Source of the DNA: Octopus bimaculoides
Taxonomy: Eukaryota
Assembly: GCF_001194135.2 (NCBI RefSeq)
Contig: NC_069006.1
Coordinates: 22,728,267 to 22,792,266, forward strand
Reading direction: 5' to 3'
Length of the DNA stretch: 64,000 nt
In this document: piece by piece, positions 38,989 through 51,766 of the stretch
Layout of the letters: each line of letters opens with the position of its first letter
Numbering within the stretch: the stretch's first letter is position 1
Notes under the pieces: generated by a model
The model's database searches: none
What the model was told of the DNA's origin: nothing
The model's input: the letters and a program-made list of their open reading frames with translations, nothing else
Translations under genes and position numbers: made by a program

Positions 38989-41900
38989 ATCTCTATCTCT
39001 CTCTCTATATCTCTCTCTCTATCTATCTATCTCTCTTTCTCTCTCTCTCTCTTTCTCCCCCTCTCTGGGTAGTGTAGTGGTGGGAGTATCATTACTAGTG
39101 GTGATTCTTGTTGCTTATCCCCCCCACTCTTAGCGCCATCTATCTTTTTTCTGTTGAAGTAATATCCTAGACTGGCTTCATTATCCAGGAATGTCTTTTT
39201 TTTGTTTTTTTTAAAAATTTTGTAAGCTAGTATGTAGCATTGTTCAAAAAGCTTTAGCTGCTATTTCTAGCAGTCAAGTGACTGTGAAGAGACTCCCTCA
39301 TTGATTAGGAGTGTGTTGGAATAGTTGGTTGAAAATATTGTTGGAGTGGAGGCAGGGGACAGAGTGAAATTATAAGCTATGAAATATTCCATCCTCCCAT
39401 TGGAGTATCTGGTTGTACTTTAAGTAGGGCAATCAGAAACTCAACCAGTTGACAATGTATACGTCTTAATGAGTTGATAATGGGGCTTGTGTAGTCATTT
39501 GATCTACTAGAAACAGCAGCCTAATCTTTCTCAAATCACACCATGCCATTTTCAAAAGGAGACATTGGGTAATTTAGATCTAGACTCAGTGATCATTGAT
39601 CATTAAGCCTGCTTATTGAAGGTTTCTGTAGGACTAAACAACAATGCCTCTGAATGAACAAGGAACATCGTTAAGTCTTATTACTGTGAGCTGGCAGAAT
39701 CGTTAGCATGCTGGATGAAATACTTAGTGATATTTCACCCGTCGCTATGTTCTGAGTTCAAATTCCGCTGAGGTCAACTTTACCTTTCATCCTTTTGGAG
39801 TCGATAAAATAAGTACCAGTTGAACGCTGAGGTCAATGTAATTGACTCATCCCCTCCCCCAGAATTGCTGCCCTTGTGGCAAAATTTGAAACCATTATTA
39901 CTGTTGTAGCATGTTGAGCTGGCAAAATTGTTAGCATCCCCCCCACCAAAAAAAGGGACAAAATGCTTTGCCTTAGTTCAAATGCTACTGAGGTTGACTT
40001 TGTCTTTCATCCTTTCAGTGTTGATAGTATAAGTACCAGTTGAACACTGGGGGTGATGCAATCAACTAGCCCCTGTCCCCAAAATTTCAGGCTTTGTATG
40101 TGCAATAGAAAAGATAATTACTGATGTATGCCCATCATTTTTTATAATTTTTCTCATATTTGAACTGGTCTTAAGTATCTGCCCCCTTGTTGCAGGCCTT
40201 CATCATCTAATACTCCCAACATCATACCCCCACCTTCCATATTGTTTGTCCTATTCATTTGGCATAGCTGCAACATCTGTATATTCTTCTTAGCACCAAC
40301 TGCTTTAGAGTATGGATTGAGTATATTTTATTGTGCAACCAGCACTAAAATGGCTGAAGGACTAAAGAGTCCCCCTCTGCCTTGTATCAGTTTAAACTCA
40401 AGAGTCATTGCTCTCTTAGACAAGTTGCTCATACTGTGGCTTTTGTCATCTTCCTTTCATTCATTTCCTTTTTTTCTTGTTTCCCATCATTTTTCTTGTT
40501 TTGAGATCATGTTAAATACCTTATAAATTTCAGCATTGTCTCATTACTTTTGAGTTCAATTCCTATTGAGGTTAGTGTCGTTCAATTGGAACAAGTCATT
40601 CATTCTACAAATCCTCAAGTACCGTCTCCAAAAGCTGCTCTTCTTTTAGCCCTTTTACAAAGCAAATAGCTCCTGTCAGTCAGCAGGTTGTTGTTTAATC
40701 CCAAAGCAACCCTCATTGAGTAAATCAAAGTTATTCCAGTCATGACTATCCCTTCTTTATTGTATATTGATTGAGTAAATTGTCCTTTGTCTGCCACCCC
40801 ACTCTCACTCATGTTATTTTTTGAGGGAGATCTGGTTACCATTTCTAGTAGGTTGAATGACCATGGAGAGTCTTCTTTGCTCCTCAGGTAGTAATGTTGC
40901 CATACCTGTTTGGTTACCCAGCTATGCAAGCCACTGTTCTACATTATAAAATGTTCAAATATTTAGAGACAGCTTTATTAGGCATGAAGTTAACAGGAGC
41001 TTATCTTCACACCAGTGAAGTGCTGCTGCATTATCTGATTTCACTTTGTATTTCTTATTAAGAAACACTGAGTCCCTCTCTACAAAGGAATGGTTTTGAG
41101 GTTTGTGAAAAAGGTAGACAAAACAATACAAAAAACTTCTGTGTCTCAAAAGGATTTAAAATACCAGGGTGTAATGTGGATGAGATTTGGCTGCTATTCT
41201 AGTCAGGTTCTACGTAGGAGTTTCTCTTGTGGCCTTGTGGCCGGGTTTATCACTAAAGAGGGGAAGCACTTCATTTAACTTCACATTTGCCAAACTGACA
41301 GGCCTCGCCATTTTTTATTCTACAATTTTTCCAGTTAAAGTACAAAATAAACCCTGGTTTCTTGTTTTGATGTAACACACAGTACATCTCCAGCTACTCT
41401 GCCTTCCCCATTAACCCCTGCTGCCCTCTAATGACCCCTTTTGTTGCTACCACTTCTTCCTCCACTGCCCTCCCAAAACACTTGGCAGTTTTATTTACAT
41501 ATGGTCTCATTAACTTCAGAGGTTTGTGGCACAGCCTTTGGCATGAAGATGGGGCTGGAGTTGTGGTGCCGGTGGTGATGGTAGCTCTGGTAAAAGAGAT
41601 TGTAATATGTATGTATAGTGGTGAGAATGATTGTGTGTGTGTGTGTTTGTAGAAGATGGTTGAACGTTAAGGAGTGGAAATGTTGGTGTGTGTAATGGGG
41701 ATGGGATTGCTAGCATTCCTCTTCCCTCACTCCCTTTCTCTCACTCTTCCTCCCACTGCTTCCAATCTTATTGCTTCTATACATACATAACTGCCTGTTC
41801 AATGGCAAGAGACAAAAAATTAGGTGAAGGTATTTTGTAAATAGGGCCATAATTAGATCAGTCTTATTATTAATCATCATCATTACCATCATCATCCTTT

Positions 41901-42055
41901 CGGTTGATTGTTATTATTTGTGATGATGGTGATGGCATTAGAGCACAGGAAATGGCTTTTTTTGTGTGGCTTGGTTGGGGGAGACTATTCACTGATAGTT
42001 TATTAAGTTCACTGTGTAAATTACTTCTGTAGATCTAGCACAGTTTGGTTTCATT

Positions 42056-42111
<56 letters not shown>

Positions 42112-45100
42112 AGAGAGATGTACAGATATACACCTATGAAGAAGCATAATGTTTATTTTTTATCTCTTTGGACTGTAGATGAGAAGGTAAGGGGGAGGGG
42201 CTGGAGTAGAGAGAACAATTGGTAAAAAAGTAAAAGGGGGGGGAAGATTGTGTGTAGTGGGAGAGTGCAATGTTGATGTAGGGGGAAGGAGAGAGAAGGG
42301 GACGAGTGGGGGAAATTGGGGGGAAATGAGTGCAAAAGATTGGTTCTTAATCTACTCCCACCACATTACCCACCAATCCACCCCACCCTCTACTCACCAC
42401 ATTGTCCTCTTTCTCTGTCCCTGCCACAATAATAATAGTAATTATCATCACCCATTCACACATACATTCCCTCTTGCACTCCCAAGTACATCTTGGGAGG
42501 GATCTGGCTATTAAGGGCTCTTGGATAAAGTTCTGGTTTACATAACCTCAAGACAGTCAAAACTTGTGAAAGAAACTTGCTAGACTGTAGTTAGATGTGA
42601 ATGGATTGGGATAGTATGCTGGTCTACTAAAGATACTGTTTAGAATTGGTTTCATGTATCTAAGACAACTAAGCTATGACAGGTACATGAACTTTCTGTG
42701 GCCTCTCACTCTGTCTTCAATGTCTACTATAATAGTCACTGATCCTTTGAGCTAACAAGATGTGTACTACCTTCATCGAAACCTATTCACCTCTCTTTCT
42801 CTTGCCATTTTTATTATGTGTCTTTGTTCTAATCATTTTACCCCCCAACTTTCTCTCATGTGAGTGTTCTCTAAGAACCAATACTGCTATTTTAACCCCA
42901 GGAAGGCATCTCCAGCTGTTTGAAATACTTTGTCCTTACCAGTTGTAACCACTCTCCGTAACCCAACTTGAAACAGTTTGCCCCATCCAACTCTTATTGC
43001 TTTGCCCCAATCTGGCTCTAAACACTTTCTCCATCCCAGCTCTAGTCAGTTTGCCCAAATCCATTCTAAATATTTTTTACCTATCCTTTGTTCTTTGGCA
43101 TCTTCATTGACCTCTTCAGTCTAGGAGAGGCCATAAAATCTGTGGACATTGCTTCTGCTTCTTCGATTAAATCAATAGACTTGAAAAAGAAGTATGAGGA
43201 TTGATTCAAGATTGTTCTACAGCATGGCTACAGCCAGATGACCAAACAAGTTGTCCACACACACACACACACATCAAAATGTTCCCTCTACTCTATCAGT
43301 TCATAATGTATTTGCCGACTGACCTGAAATATACAAACATCTATTTAAATTCATTTTCAATTTGGTAGAATTATACACACACACACACACGAAACCCAAA
43401 TTTTACGAGTGTTTTGAAATGAAGAATGCCCTGATATTAATTTCTTAATTTTCAATATGGTGATTATTACTTTAAAATAATGCAAAGCATGCAGCTTTTT
43501 TATGTGTGTGTGTGTGTGTGAGGGGGAAGAGGGAAATTTGGGTTTTGAATGGTGTTTATGAAGGGAGAAATCTCAAGTGGAAAATGTTGAAAAATATGGA
43601 TTTAGAAGCTCTTGAAATTATTGAAGACCTCTGCATATTTCAAAATTACTATTCTTACTCTTAAAATTCTCTTCTTTATGGCTTGATAGTCTTAGGAATT
43701 TTTTCATTCTTTTTTTTTAATGTCTTTTTAATGTTTTTCAGGAAAGGCATGAAGTTAAATTCAGACTACAAGGAGTCTCACATTAACCAGAGGGCCGCTA
43801 AATCACTGGCATATGGCAGGAATTACAACTCTCTACAGTATGATGAGGTGGAGTGTCTTATCAACAAGGAGTATACAGTGAAGTGTCGCAGAGAAGGCAA
43901 AGAAACCTTCATTCCGTTTAGCTTCATTGAACGCTATTTTGAAGTAAGTGTGTGTTCTTGTTGTTATTTGGCCCCAGGTCAGACATATTCAAAGTGACTT
44001 TTGATCAGAATCATTTCATTCATGATCAACTCCCCCCCCCCCCNNNNNNNNNNNNNNNNNNNNNNNNNNNNNNNNNNNNNNNNNNNNNNNNNNNNNNNNN
44101 NNAAATATAGTATCAGGACAATGTTCCAGCACCACAAGTCCTTGGTTTCAATGGTTGCTGTGCACGATTGTGGCTTTAAACTGGCTGATCACCCTCCCTG
44201 TTCTGATTTGGTTTCATCTGTTTGTCAACATGTGTGTGTGTGTTTGCAGAAAGATGGTTGAATGTTAAGGAATGGAAATGTTGGTGTGTAATGGGGATGG
44301 GATTGCTCCAGTGGGTTGGTAGAAGTGTTAGAAAAACAAAATGTATGATTTAGGACCCCTTAAACTCTTGAAGCAGACTTTAACATTTCTGAGATGGGGT
44401 GAGAGCTAAATGTGAGTTCGCATCCAAGGTTGACATTGCCTTTTGTCTCTTAACAGAATCAGCAACAGTGTTTTGACTTTCACCATCATTCTTTTAGGCA
44501 ACCAATAATTACCAGCCATATAGTAGGGTCAAGGCAGAATCATTAGAGTGTCAAATAAAATATATTGCTGTATTTAGTTCAGGTTTTTCTAGATCTGAGT
44601 TCAACTCCTGCTGAGATCAACTTTGCTTTTCATTGTTCTATAGTATCAGTGAAGCACTGGTGAATTTGATTTGATATTACTAATCCTTTACTTAGATATA
44701 TGATGTGATTCGAAGGAATTTGGCTGCTATTTCTAGCAGGACACCCTGTCATATAGAAGTGCTCTCTTTATGTTGGTTCTTATCATTTGGTCATGTGACG
44801 ACACCATAAACACGTTCAATATGTTTTACTACTCTAATTTGTTTCCCTTTCAAATGTATTCGTATTGATCAATCTTTGCCAACTGTCTTTCTAGGTGTAT
44901 GGAACTGTGACACATTCTGATGGAGGGCTGGATCGATTTGAGTGGCAGCACAGTTATTCTCAAGTTTATCCACAGAAGAAGAAATACACCCCTAGTGGTG
45001 TCTTTATGTCATTTGAACACTACAATGTTGAAGTTCGGGACCGAGTGAAATGCATCAGTGGTATGGAAGGTGAGAGTATTGACACTTAAATGTAATCCCT

Positions 45101-48100
45101 TTCACTTACTATCCCAGTAGAGTCGGATAGGCATGACTGTGTGAAGACATTTGACTTGACTAAGAACACTCTTTTAAATTGAGATGCTATGAACACAGAC
45201 ACCAGTTTGTTCAAATATAGTCACCAAAGGAGTAACACTATACCAGATTTAAAATTAAATGGGAGATCAAACAGTGATGTCATTCTAGAGTTCTAGAAAT
45301 AGATTTTCATACATACTCTGAATCATGTTAGCTGTCTTAGTTTGCAAATCCTGTATAGAATGCAGATTAGTTAAATAAACAATGGTTTTCACATGTCACC
45401 ATCGAGAGACGTCCAGTGGGTTCAAATCTTGCGACTGTACAGGCCACTGCTAATTCATTTTTGCAGATATTTTTCATTCAGAGAGCAAAGTGACAATGTG
45501 CACCATATAGTTAAAGCATTTCTTCTGTCAGTGATGTGTAGGTGGCTGTGGTGTTAGAAATGTTGTATAACCAGTAGTGGTGTACTCGTAAGTTACAGTG
45601 TGTAGCTAGTAGTAGTGTTGTGTAGTTGATATCTGATAAATAATTGGTATTGCATTTCAGTGACACCAGGCAGACAAAAACAGAGTCAAATGTTGGCAGA
45701 ATATGATGGTTGGATAAGTGGTATATTTTGGTTAGAAATATAGCAATGAAAGTGTTAATCAAAATATTCGGAAACATTTTATCTGATGTTTACAGCTTCT
45801 AGCATGCTGCCACACCCATCTTATCTAAATAATGTTTAGATTTTGATGGAATAATTATTTCCACAACTAAGTGATTTTCCTTCACCAGCAACCCATTCAA
45901 GTATGAAGTAAGAGGAAATAAACCTGTTGTTATTTATTGGTGAAGCAAACTGGTTTATGCAGAGTTATGTACCTCAAGGAAGAAATATCACAATGATTGA
46001 AGCACTTGTAACACCACGTGCCAACTATCTTATCTTCCGTTTAGTATTATCTAGAAGTAACCTATAGTATTCTTATAGCTGATTTCTATGGCTCCCTTGC
46101 CATTTATTAATCCATAGCTTTATCAAACACATACACGTATATTCTTTTGTTTTGGATTTATTTTTCATTGGTTTTAGTCAAGAGAGTGTGTCTATGCTGG
46201 GATGCAACTTTCAAGGTTATTAGTTGGTCATATTGACTCCAGTACTTACTTAATCTAGTCCTTTTTTTTTATTAATCTATTTGTCAAACTGCTAGTTTGC
46301 AAGCCATAAAAAACATAGGTTGTTAAAACCAGTATAAAACACACACAAAAGCTAGCCTGAAAAAAAAAGAAAAATTTGAGAATGTATCTTTTTTTTTATA
46401 CAGATGGAAAATTATTAAGGGAAAGAGCTTTTGTCAGTTGCTTCTAATTTCTGGGAATTTTTTCCCCATCTTCATCTGCTCCCTGTTCCCATCCTTGCTT
46501 GTATGGGGTGGTTTATTATTTAAAGTAGTTGTTTTTACAGCTGCATGCTCTACAGTTGTGGTACAGCAAATTGGAGCAAGTAATTAGATGATCATCCCCT
46601 TTGCTATCCCAGTGCTGGCTCTTCAAATGTTGGATACTATTTTTATAGGGATGCTAGAAATAGCAACTGGATGTCCCTTAAATCATACCTTACCATCTTA
46701 TAAAAGATGTACTTAAAACTGCATTAGATATTGTCTTAATTAGGTACCTGGTATTGAAAAGACATGGGCTGGTCAGAGATGGAATTGATTTTGTTTGTAG
46801 GTCTGCTTAATCAGGTCCAACCTGGAGTGAAACAACAGAATCTATTGTGAGGCTCTGTGTGGTACTCAACTTGCTAGAAATAGTAGGTGAAGCTTCCTCA
46901 GATCACACCCTTATCATCTTCCACTGAAGAATGTTCTCTTAGTCTTAGCCTTTTGTTGCTCAGTGTCTCCTTTCTCTCAATGATGTCGTTTTATGCACAT
47001 GAAAAGAACCAGCAGATTTGTTGTCTGTCTGTGCATGTATATAAATGTACATATAAATACATGCAAATGTGTTTGTATGCATCCCCCACCCCCCACAAAT
47101 ATGACAGGCTTCTGTGCAGTATCTTGCACACACACACGATATTGGTTCAACCCAAAGCAGCAGAAAAAATTTAAAAAACCCACTCGATCATGGTACTCTG
47201 TAGAAGGCTTGCATCCAGAACCATTAGGAAGCAAACTTCTTAACCTCATAGCTGTGTTATTTTAAAAAATTGTTTTATATGTATATATATCTCTAAGTGT
47301 TGCATGGTTGGGATAGTTTATTTGTAAGAAGAATTGAATTTCATGTAATTGTATCACTCAATCCTGATGAAGGAGTGAAACTTACCAGTAAGTTAAGTGC
47401 TTGCACAGAGGCAGTTTCAAATTCATTTTGATATGGTCTGTAGTTTGAGCAGCTTATCCATCACCATTACTTTGCTTTATAACCTTCAAAGCTCTTATAT
47501 TGCCAAATTTCTAATGAAAAATACTGTTTTAATTAATTTTGAATATAATCAAGAATTTGAAGGGATTTTGTAAAATAACTTTTTCATTAGAAATTGGTTT
47601 GTAAACTTAAGTTCATGATGAGAGGTTTTCACTTAGATATGATCAGTTTCATATCATAGAAATAGATGTCTGTATCCCCCAAAATATTTGTATAATTTTC
47701 CTTGTACTTCAGTATCCAGTAATCTTTGCTTTTATAATTTTCAGGTGTTCCTGTGTCAACTCAATGGGGACCTCAAGGCCACCATTATCCAATTCAGATT
47801 GCCCAGTTTGGCTTAAGCCATTACAGTAAATTCCTGAACGAAGACAAACCAGATGTTATCATCCTAGAAGATGGCAGCGATGAAAACCTGCAGAATTGGT
47901 ATCTACCAAATTCTCGCACCCACATAAAAATGGTTGATGACCCTGAAGTTGGGAAAGTGATTGAATTTGATGCTCCTGGTTAGTTAGTTTTGAAATTCTC
48001 TGTTCACTCAATTTTTCATTTTCTTTAAATATTTACACATCCCTTGTTCTGTGCTTGCAGAGGTGAGATTTAGTTTTTTTTTACTGTTAGAGGAGTAGAC

Positions 48101-50514
48101 TGTAAAAATACCTTGCAGTTGTTTAGTTTCAGTCTTTAACATTCTGTCAAGACAAGGGGTCGATATAAATGATAGTTCCCTCTCTCCATATCTGTAGCCT
48201 TCTGTTCATATACAAAAAGGGTCAGCATTGTAATGGGGATAGGTGTGTTAAAAAGTTTACTTTGTAACAATATGGTTTTAGGTTCAATCTCACTGCAGTG
48301 GACCAAGAGCAAGTGTCTTCTATAGTTTCACAATAATCAATGTCTTGTGAGTGCCATTTGGAAGGCAGAAACTGTGCGGAAGCCCATCATATATATATTT
48401 CCCTGACATATATTAATGAATAGCAAACATTGTCGAAAACTAGAGCTCTTTTGGATGAATTTACTGTACTGAGTTATGGACACTGTTGTTGTTCTTGTCA
48501 CCAGTAAACTAGTGATTGGCTAGTTGGAAAACTCCAACAAAAAAGGATTATTGTTTGCTAATTGTGATATAAAAATAAACAATAATTTTTACATTTATTC
48601 TTAATACATTCCAGCAGATTTCAATGCAAAATATGCTAGTTGCTGTTGTGTATGTCACAGGACTTTTCCCCTTTTACAACAACTGGCATTGTTTATAATT
48701 TTTGCGGACTGTTTGTTGATCAGTACTTATATCTGCCAAAATTGTGATTTGCTCTGATATAAATAATTGGTTTTTGCAGTTAGGTGCTCTTCTTAGTACT
48801 AATCATTGAACCATTAAGGAATAGAAACTATTTCCTTGTCTAATTTTACAAATTTTATCAATTATTTTGTACCGATACTGACCATTATGTTACTTCAGGA
48901 AGGAAGAGTTATGTACCTTGTTGAAAAGTACAACAGATTTAACCTTTCAAGTCTATTCACATATAAGATGTCTTATAGGAATATTAAATTGACTTGTACT
49001 CATTTATGTATTGTAATTGACGAACTGTCATTAGTTGCAGATTCCCAATGGGACAATCTGCTTTTGTAATTGCGAGTGACGGGGGTGAGGGTTGGGACTT
49101 ATTGGGGAACAACTAACACAAAAGACTTTATTTGTAGACCACTGGTTTGCACTCCTTCAATGTACATCATTGTGTGTGCTAACGACAGTACAGTGTTGTT
49201 GGTATTTGCTGTCTACTGTTGCTTGGTCCAAAACTGATATTGGAATGAACCTGAAATCCTTCCAGCTGTGACCATCTCATCATTTTCCTTTAAGTATAGT
49301 GTATCTTGGACTGCATTTTTCAACATCTTTCATATTTTAAAGACGGTAGAATATGATTTAATAGAATTTATCTGCTATTTCTAGCAAACTGAAGGACTGC
49401 TAAGTAGTTGCATTAGAGATGGTAGTTGAACCCATGTATTCCGTTTTTGTTGTTCTCGTTTATTGTTCTTTATTTTTTTTTTTTTCCAGAATCTCAAAAT
49501 ACCCCAGGGATATCCATGGATGTGGAAGAAGATTCCTTCCTTGTTTCCTTTGATTTTTTCTTTGTTAGCAATGGCTCAATAACAGTTTCTCTCAAAGTTC
49601 ACAAGGACCGCATCTTTCACATTCATTACGTATTCAGCAACACCTTGATAACAATAGATAAAACAAACATCTACTATGGTCTTGGAGACATTCCAATGTC
49701 ATGGCGCCACATCACTCGAGACATAGCCATAGACTTCCAGAAAGGAATGGGATTACAGTACTCTAAAGTAAAGAAGGGCAAGTTACGTAATATAATCGTT
49801 CACCTGTCTGCAATTACTTTACACGGACAAGGTCAGATGGACAACATTACTGTTTCTTCAGCTGCACATCTTGACCAGTTTTACGATGCTGCCAACTGGC
49901 TTGTCAAGCACCAGGACGATCGAGGTGGTTGGCCTATTATGGTGGCTCGGAAATTAAGCATGCTTGAACTCGACCCTGGTTGGTATTCTGCTATGGCTCA
50001 AGGGCAAGCCATGTCTCTCCTTGTCAGAGCCTATATAAGAACGAAAAACCCAGTCTATTTGAATGCCGCAGTCAATGGTTTGAAACTGTATCAGGTGAGC
50101 AGTGCAGAAGGAGGTATTGTGGCCAGGTATGCAGGAGTGTACACATGGTATGAAGAATACCCAACACAACCAAGTAGTTTTGTTCTGAATGGATTCATAT
50201 ACTCTCTGCTTGGTCTCTATGATGTGAAAGAGATTGCCACTGGAGCAGGAAAGCATCTGGCTCAAATGCTCTTTGATACTGGCATGCATTCATTGAAGCA
50301 CATGTTACTTCTATTTGACAATGGGTCTGGAACATTCTATGACCTTAGACATTTAACCCTTGGCATAACTCCCAACCGAGCCCGTTGGGATTACCACACG
50401 ACACATATCAATCAAATCCTCTTGTTATCTACGATAGATGATAATCCTTTATTTAAAAACACTGCAGAACGGTGGATAACATATATGAAAGGCAAACGAG
50501 CACCTCACAATTAA
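33574..50514 (+). CDS. GLCE: D-glucuronyl C5-epimerase (heparan sulfate C5-epimerase), complete spliced CDS: join(33574-33680,43742-43943,44895-45069,47745-47978,49490-50514), 1743 nt, 580 aa
   Basis: N-terminal type II signal anchor. Family motifs [86 protein letters not shown] and [10 protein letters not shown] are present. All four introns are GT-AG with matching phases (2,0,1,1) and there is no internal stop. Confidence 0.96.
34616..34670 (+). repeat. 18-bp minisatellite (ctcccaccctccactcat) x3
   Basis: Three exact tandem copies. Confidence 0.9.
39686..39897 (+). mobile_element. tRNA-derived SINE (same family as 7667-7832) in the long GLCE intron
   Basis: gagctggcagaatcgttagc...gagttcaaattccgc...cctttcatcc...aagtaccag. 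Confidence 0.8.
43742..43943 (+). CDS. GLCE: GLCE coding exon 2 (KGMKLN...[33 protein letters not shown])
   Basis: Acceptor tttttcag| and donor GAA|gtaagt. ECLIN...C...PFSFI.RYFE is typical of GLCE. Confidence 0.95.
44895..45069 (+). CDS. GLCE: GLCE coding exon 3 ([27 protein letters not shown]...[17 protein letters not shown])
   Basis: Acceptor tctttctag|, donor G|gtgag, conserved GLCE motifs. Confidence 0.96.
47745..47978 (+). CDS. GLCE: GLCE coding exon 4 ([29 protein letters not shown]...IEFDAP)
   Basis: Acceptor aattttcag|, donor G|gttagt, 234 nt, phase 1-1, conserved motif. Confidence 0.96.
49490..50514 (+). CDS. GLCE: GLCE terminal coding exon (beta-sandwich remainder plus catalytic alpha/alpha barrel), ends ...[10 protein letters not shown]
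   Basis: Strong polypyrimidine acceptor tttttccag| at 49489; lies within ORF 49426-50514; catalytic-region motifs YEEYP, YDLRH and WDYH are intact. Confidence 0.97.
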
Positions 50515-51003
50515 GTAAAGGAAATGTTATTACATTTAAAATATTTTTTTAAATATTCTTTAATAATAATTTATCTTCCTCATAGTTTTATTTTTACCAT
50601 TTAGATTTCTACCAATTCCCCTTTCCTTAGCAGTTTTTCTGTTTTTTTAATCTTTCATTTTAAGATTACTAACTCATCAAATACATTTTTGAAAGTAATT
50701 TTCTTTTAACTCTTTAGTGTTAATTAGTGGTGTTAAATAAGGTGATATCTGATGACAGAAATTCCTGTATGGTTTGGTTGATGTTTTCTAGCTACCAAAG
50801 GCTACTTGTCAACAAGGCCAAACAATGATCACTTTGTGACATCAAGATTTAAATTTAAAAAAAAATTTTTCAAAGCTAAAGGGTTAAATGAAAAGGATTT
50901 TTCAATATTTACTTTTGAAGTCCTTTAGATCAATTAAAATGTAAGTTATTTTCACTATCTAATTACATTTCAAGCTAAATTTAATTGCCTCTTCTAGCAT
51001 TTT

Positions 51004-51766
51004 NNNNNNNNNNNNNNNNNNNNNNNNNNNNNNNNNNNNNNNNNNNNNNNNNNNNNNNNNNNNNNNNNNNNNNNNNNNNNNNNNNNNNNNNNNNNNNNNN
51101 NNNNNNNNNNNNNNNNNNNNNNNNNNNNNNNNNNNNNNNNNNNNNNNNNNNNNNNNNNNNNNNNNNNNNNNNNNNNNNNNNNNNNNNNNNNNNNNNNNNN
51201 NNNNNNNNNNNNNNNNNNNNNNNNNNNNNNNNNNNNNNNNNNNNNNNNNNNNNNNNNNNNNNNNNNNNNNNNNNNNNNNNNNNNNNNNNNNNNNNNNNNN
51301 NNNNNNNNNNNNNNNNNNNNNNNNNNNNNNNNNNNNNNNNNNNNNNNNNNNNNNNNNNNNNNNNNNNNNNNNNNNNNNNNNNNNNNNNNNNNNNNNNNNN
51401 NNNNNNNNNNNNNNNNNNNNNNNNNNNNNNNNNNNNNNNNNNNNNNNNNNNNNNNNNNNNNNNNNNNNNNNNNNNNNNNNNNNNNNNNNNNNNNNNNNNN
51501 NNNNNNNNNNNNNNNNNNNNNNNNNNNNNNNNNNNNNNNNNNNNNNNNNNNNNNNNNNNNNNNNNNNNNNNNNNNNNNNNNNNNNNNNNNNNNNNNNNNN
51601 NNNNNNNNNNNNNNNNNNNNNNNNNNNNNNNNNNNNNNNNNNNNNNNNNNNNNNNNNNNNNNNNNNNNNNNNNNNNNNNNNNNNNNNNNNNNNNNNNNNN
51701 NNNNNNNNNNNNNNNNNNNNNNNNNNNNNNNNNNNNNNNNNNNNNNNNNNNNNNNNNNNNNNNNNN
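51004..51766. other. Assembly gap (N run); other large gaps at 4275-4620, 6941-7022, 22898-23128 and 44044-44102
   Basis: Runs of n in the sequence. Confidence 1.

Noticed and set aside
49426-49489. N-terminal part of the 362-aa ORF as a single-exon gene start
   Set aside because: It is the polypyrimidine tract of the last GLCE intron; the true exon begins at 49490.
50748-50770. CTGATGA..GAAA third hammerhead-like hit
   Set aside because: Only 2 nt separate the boxes and there is no stem III or stem I pairing.
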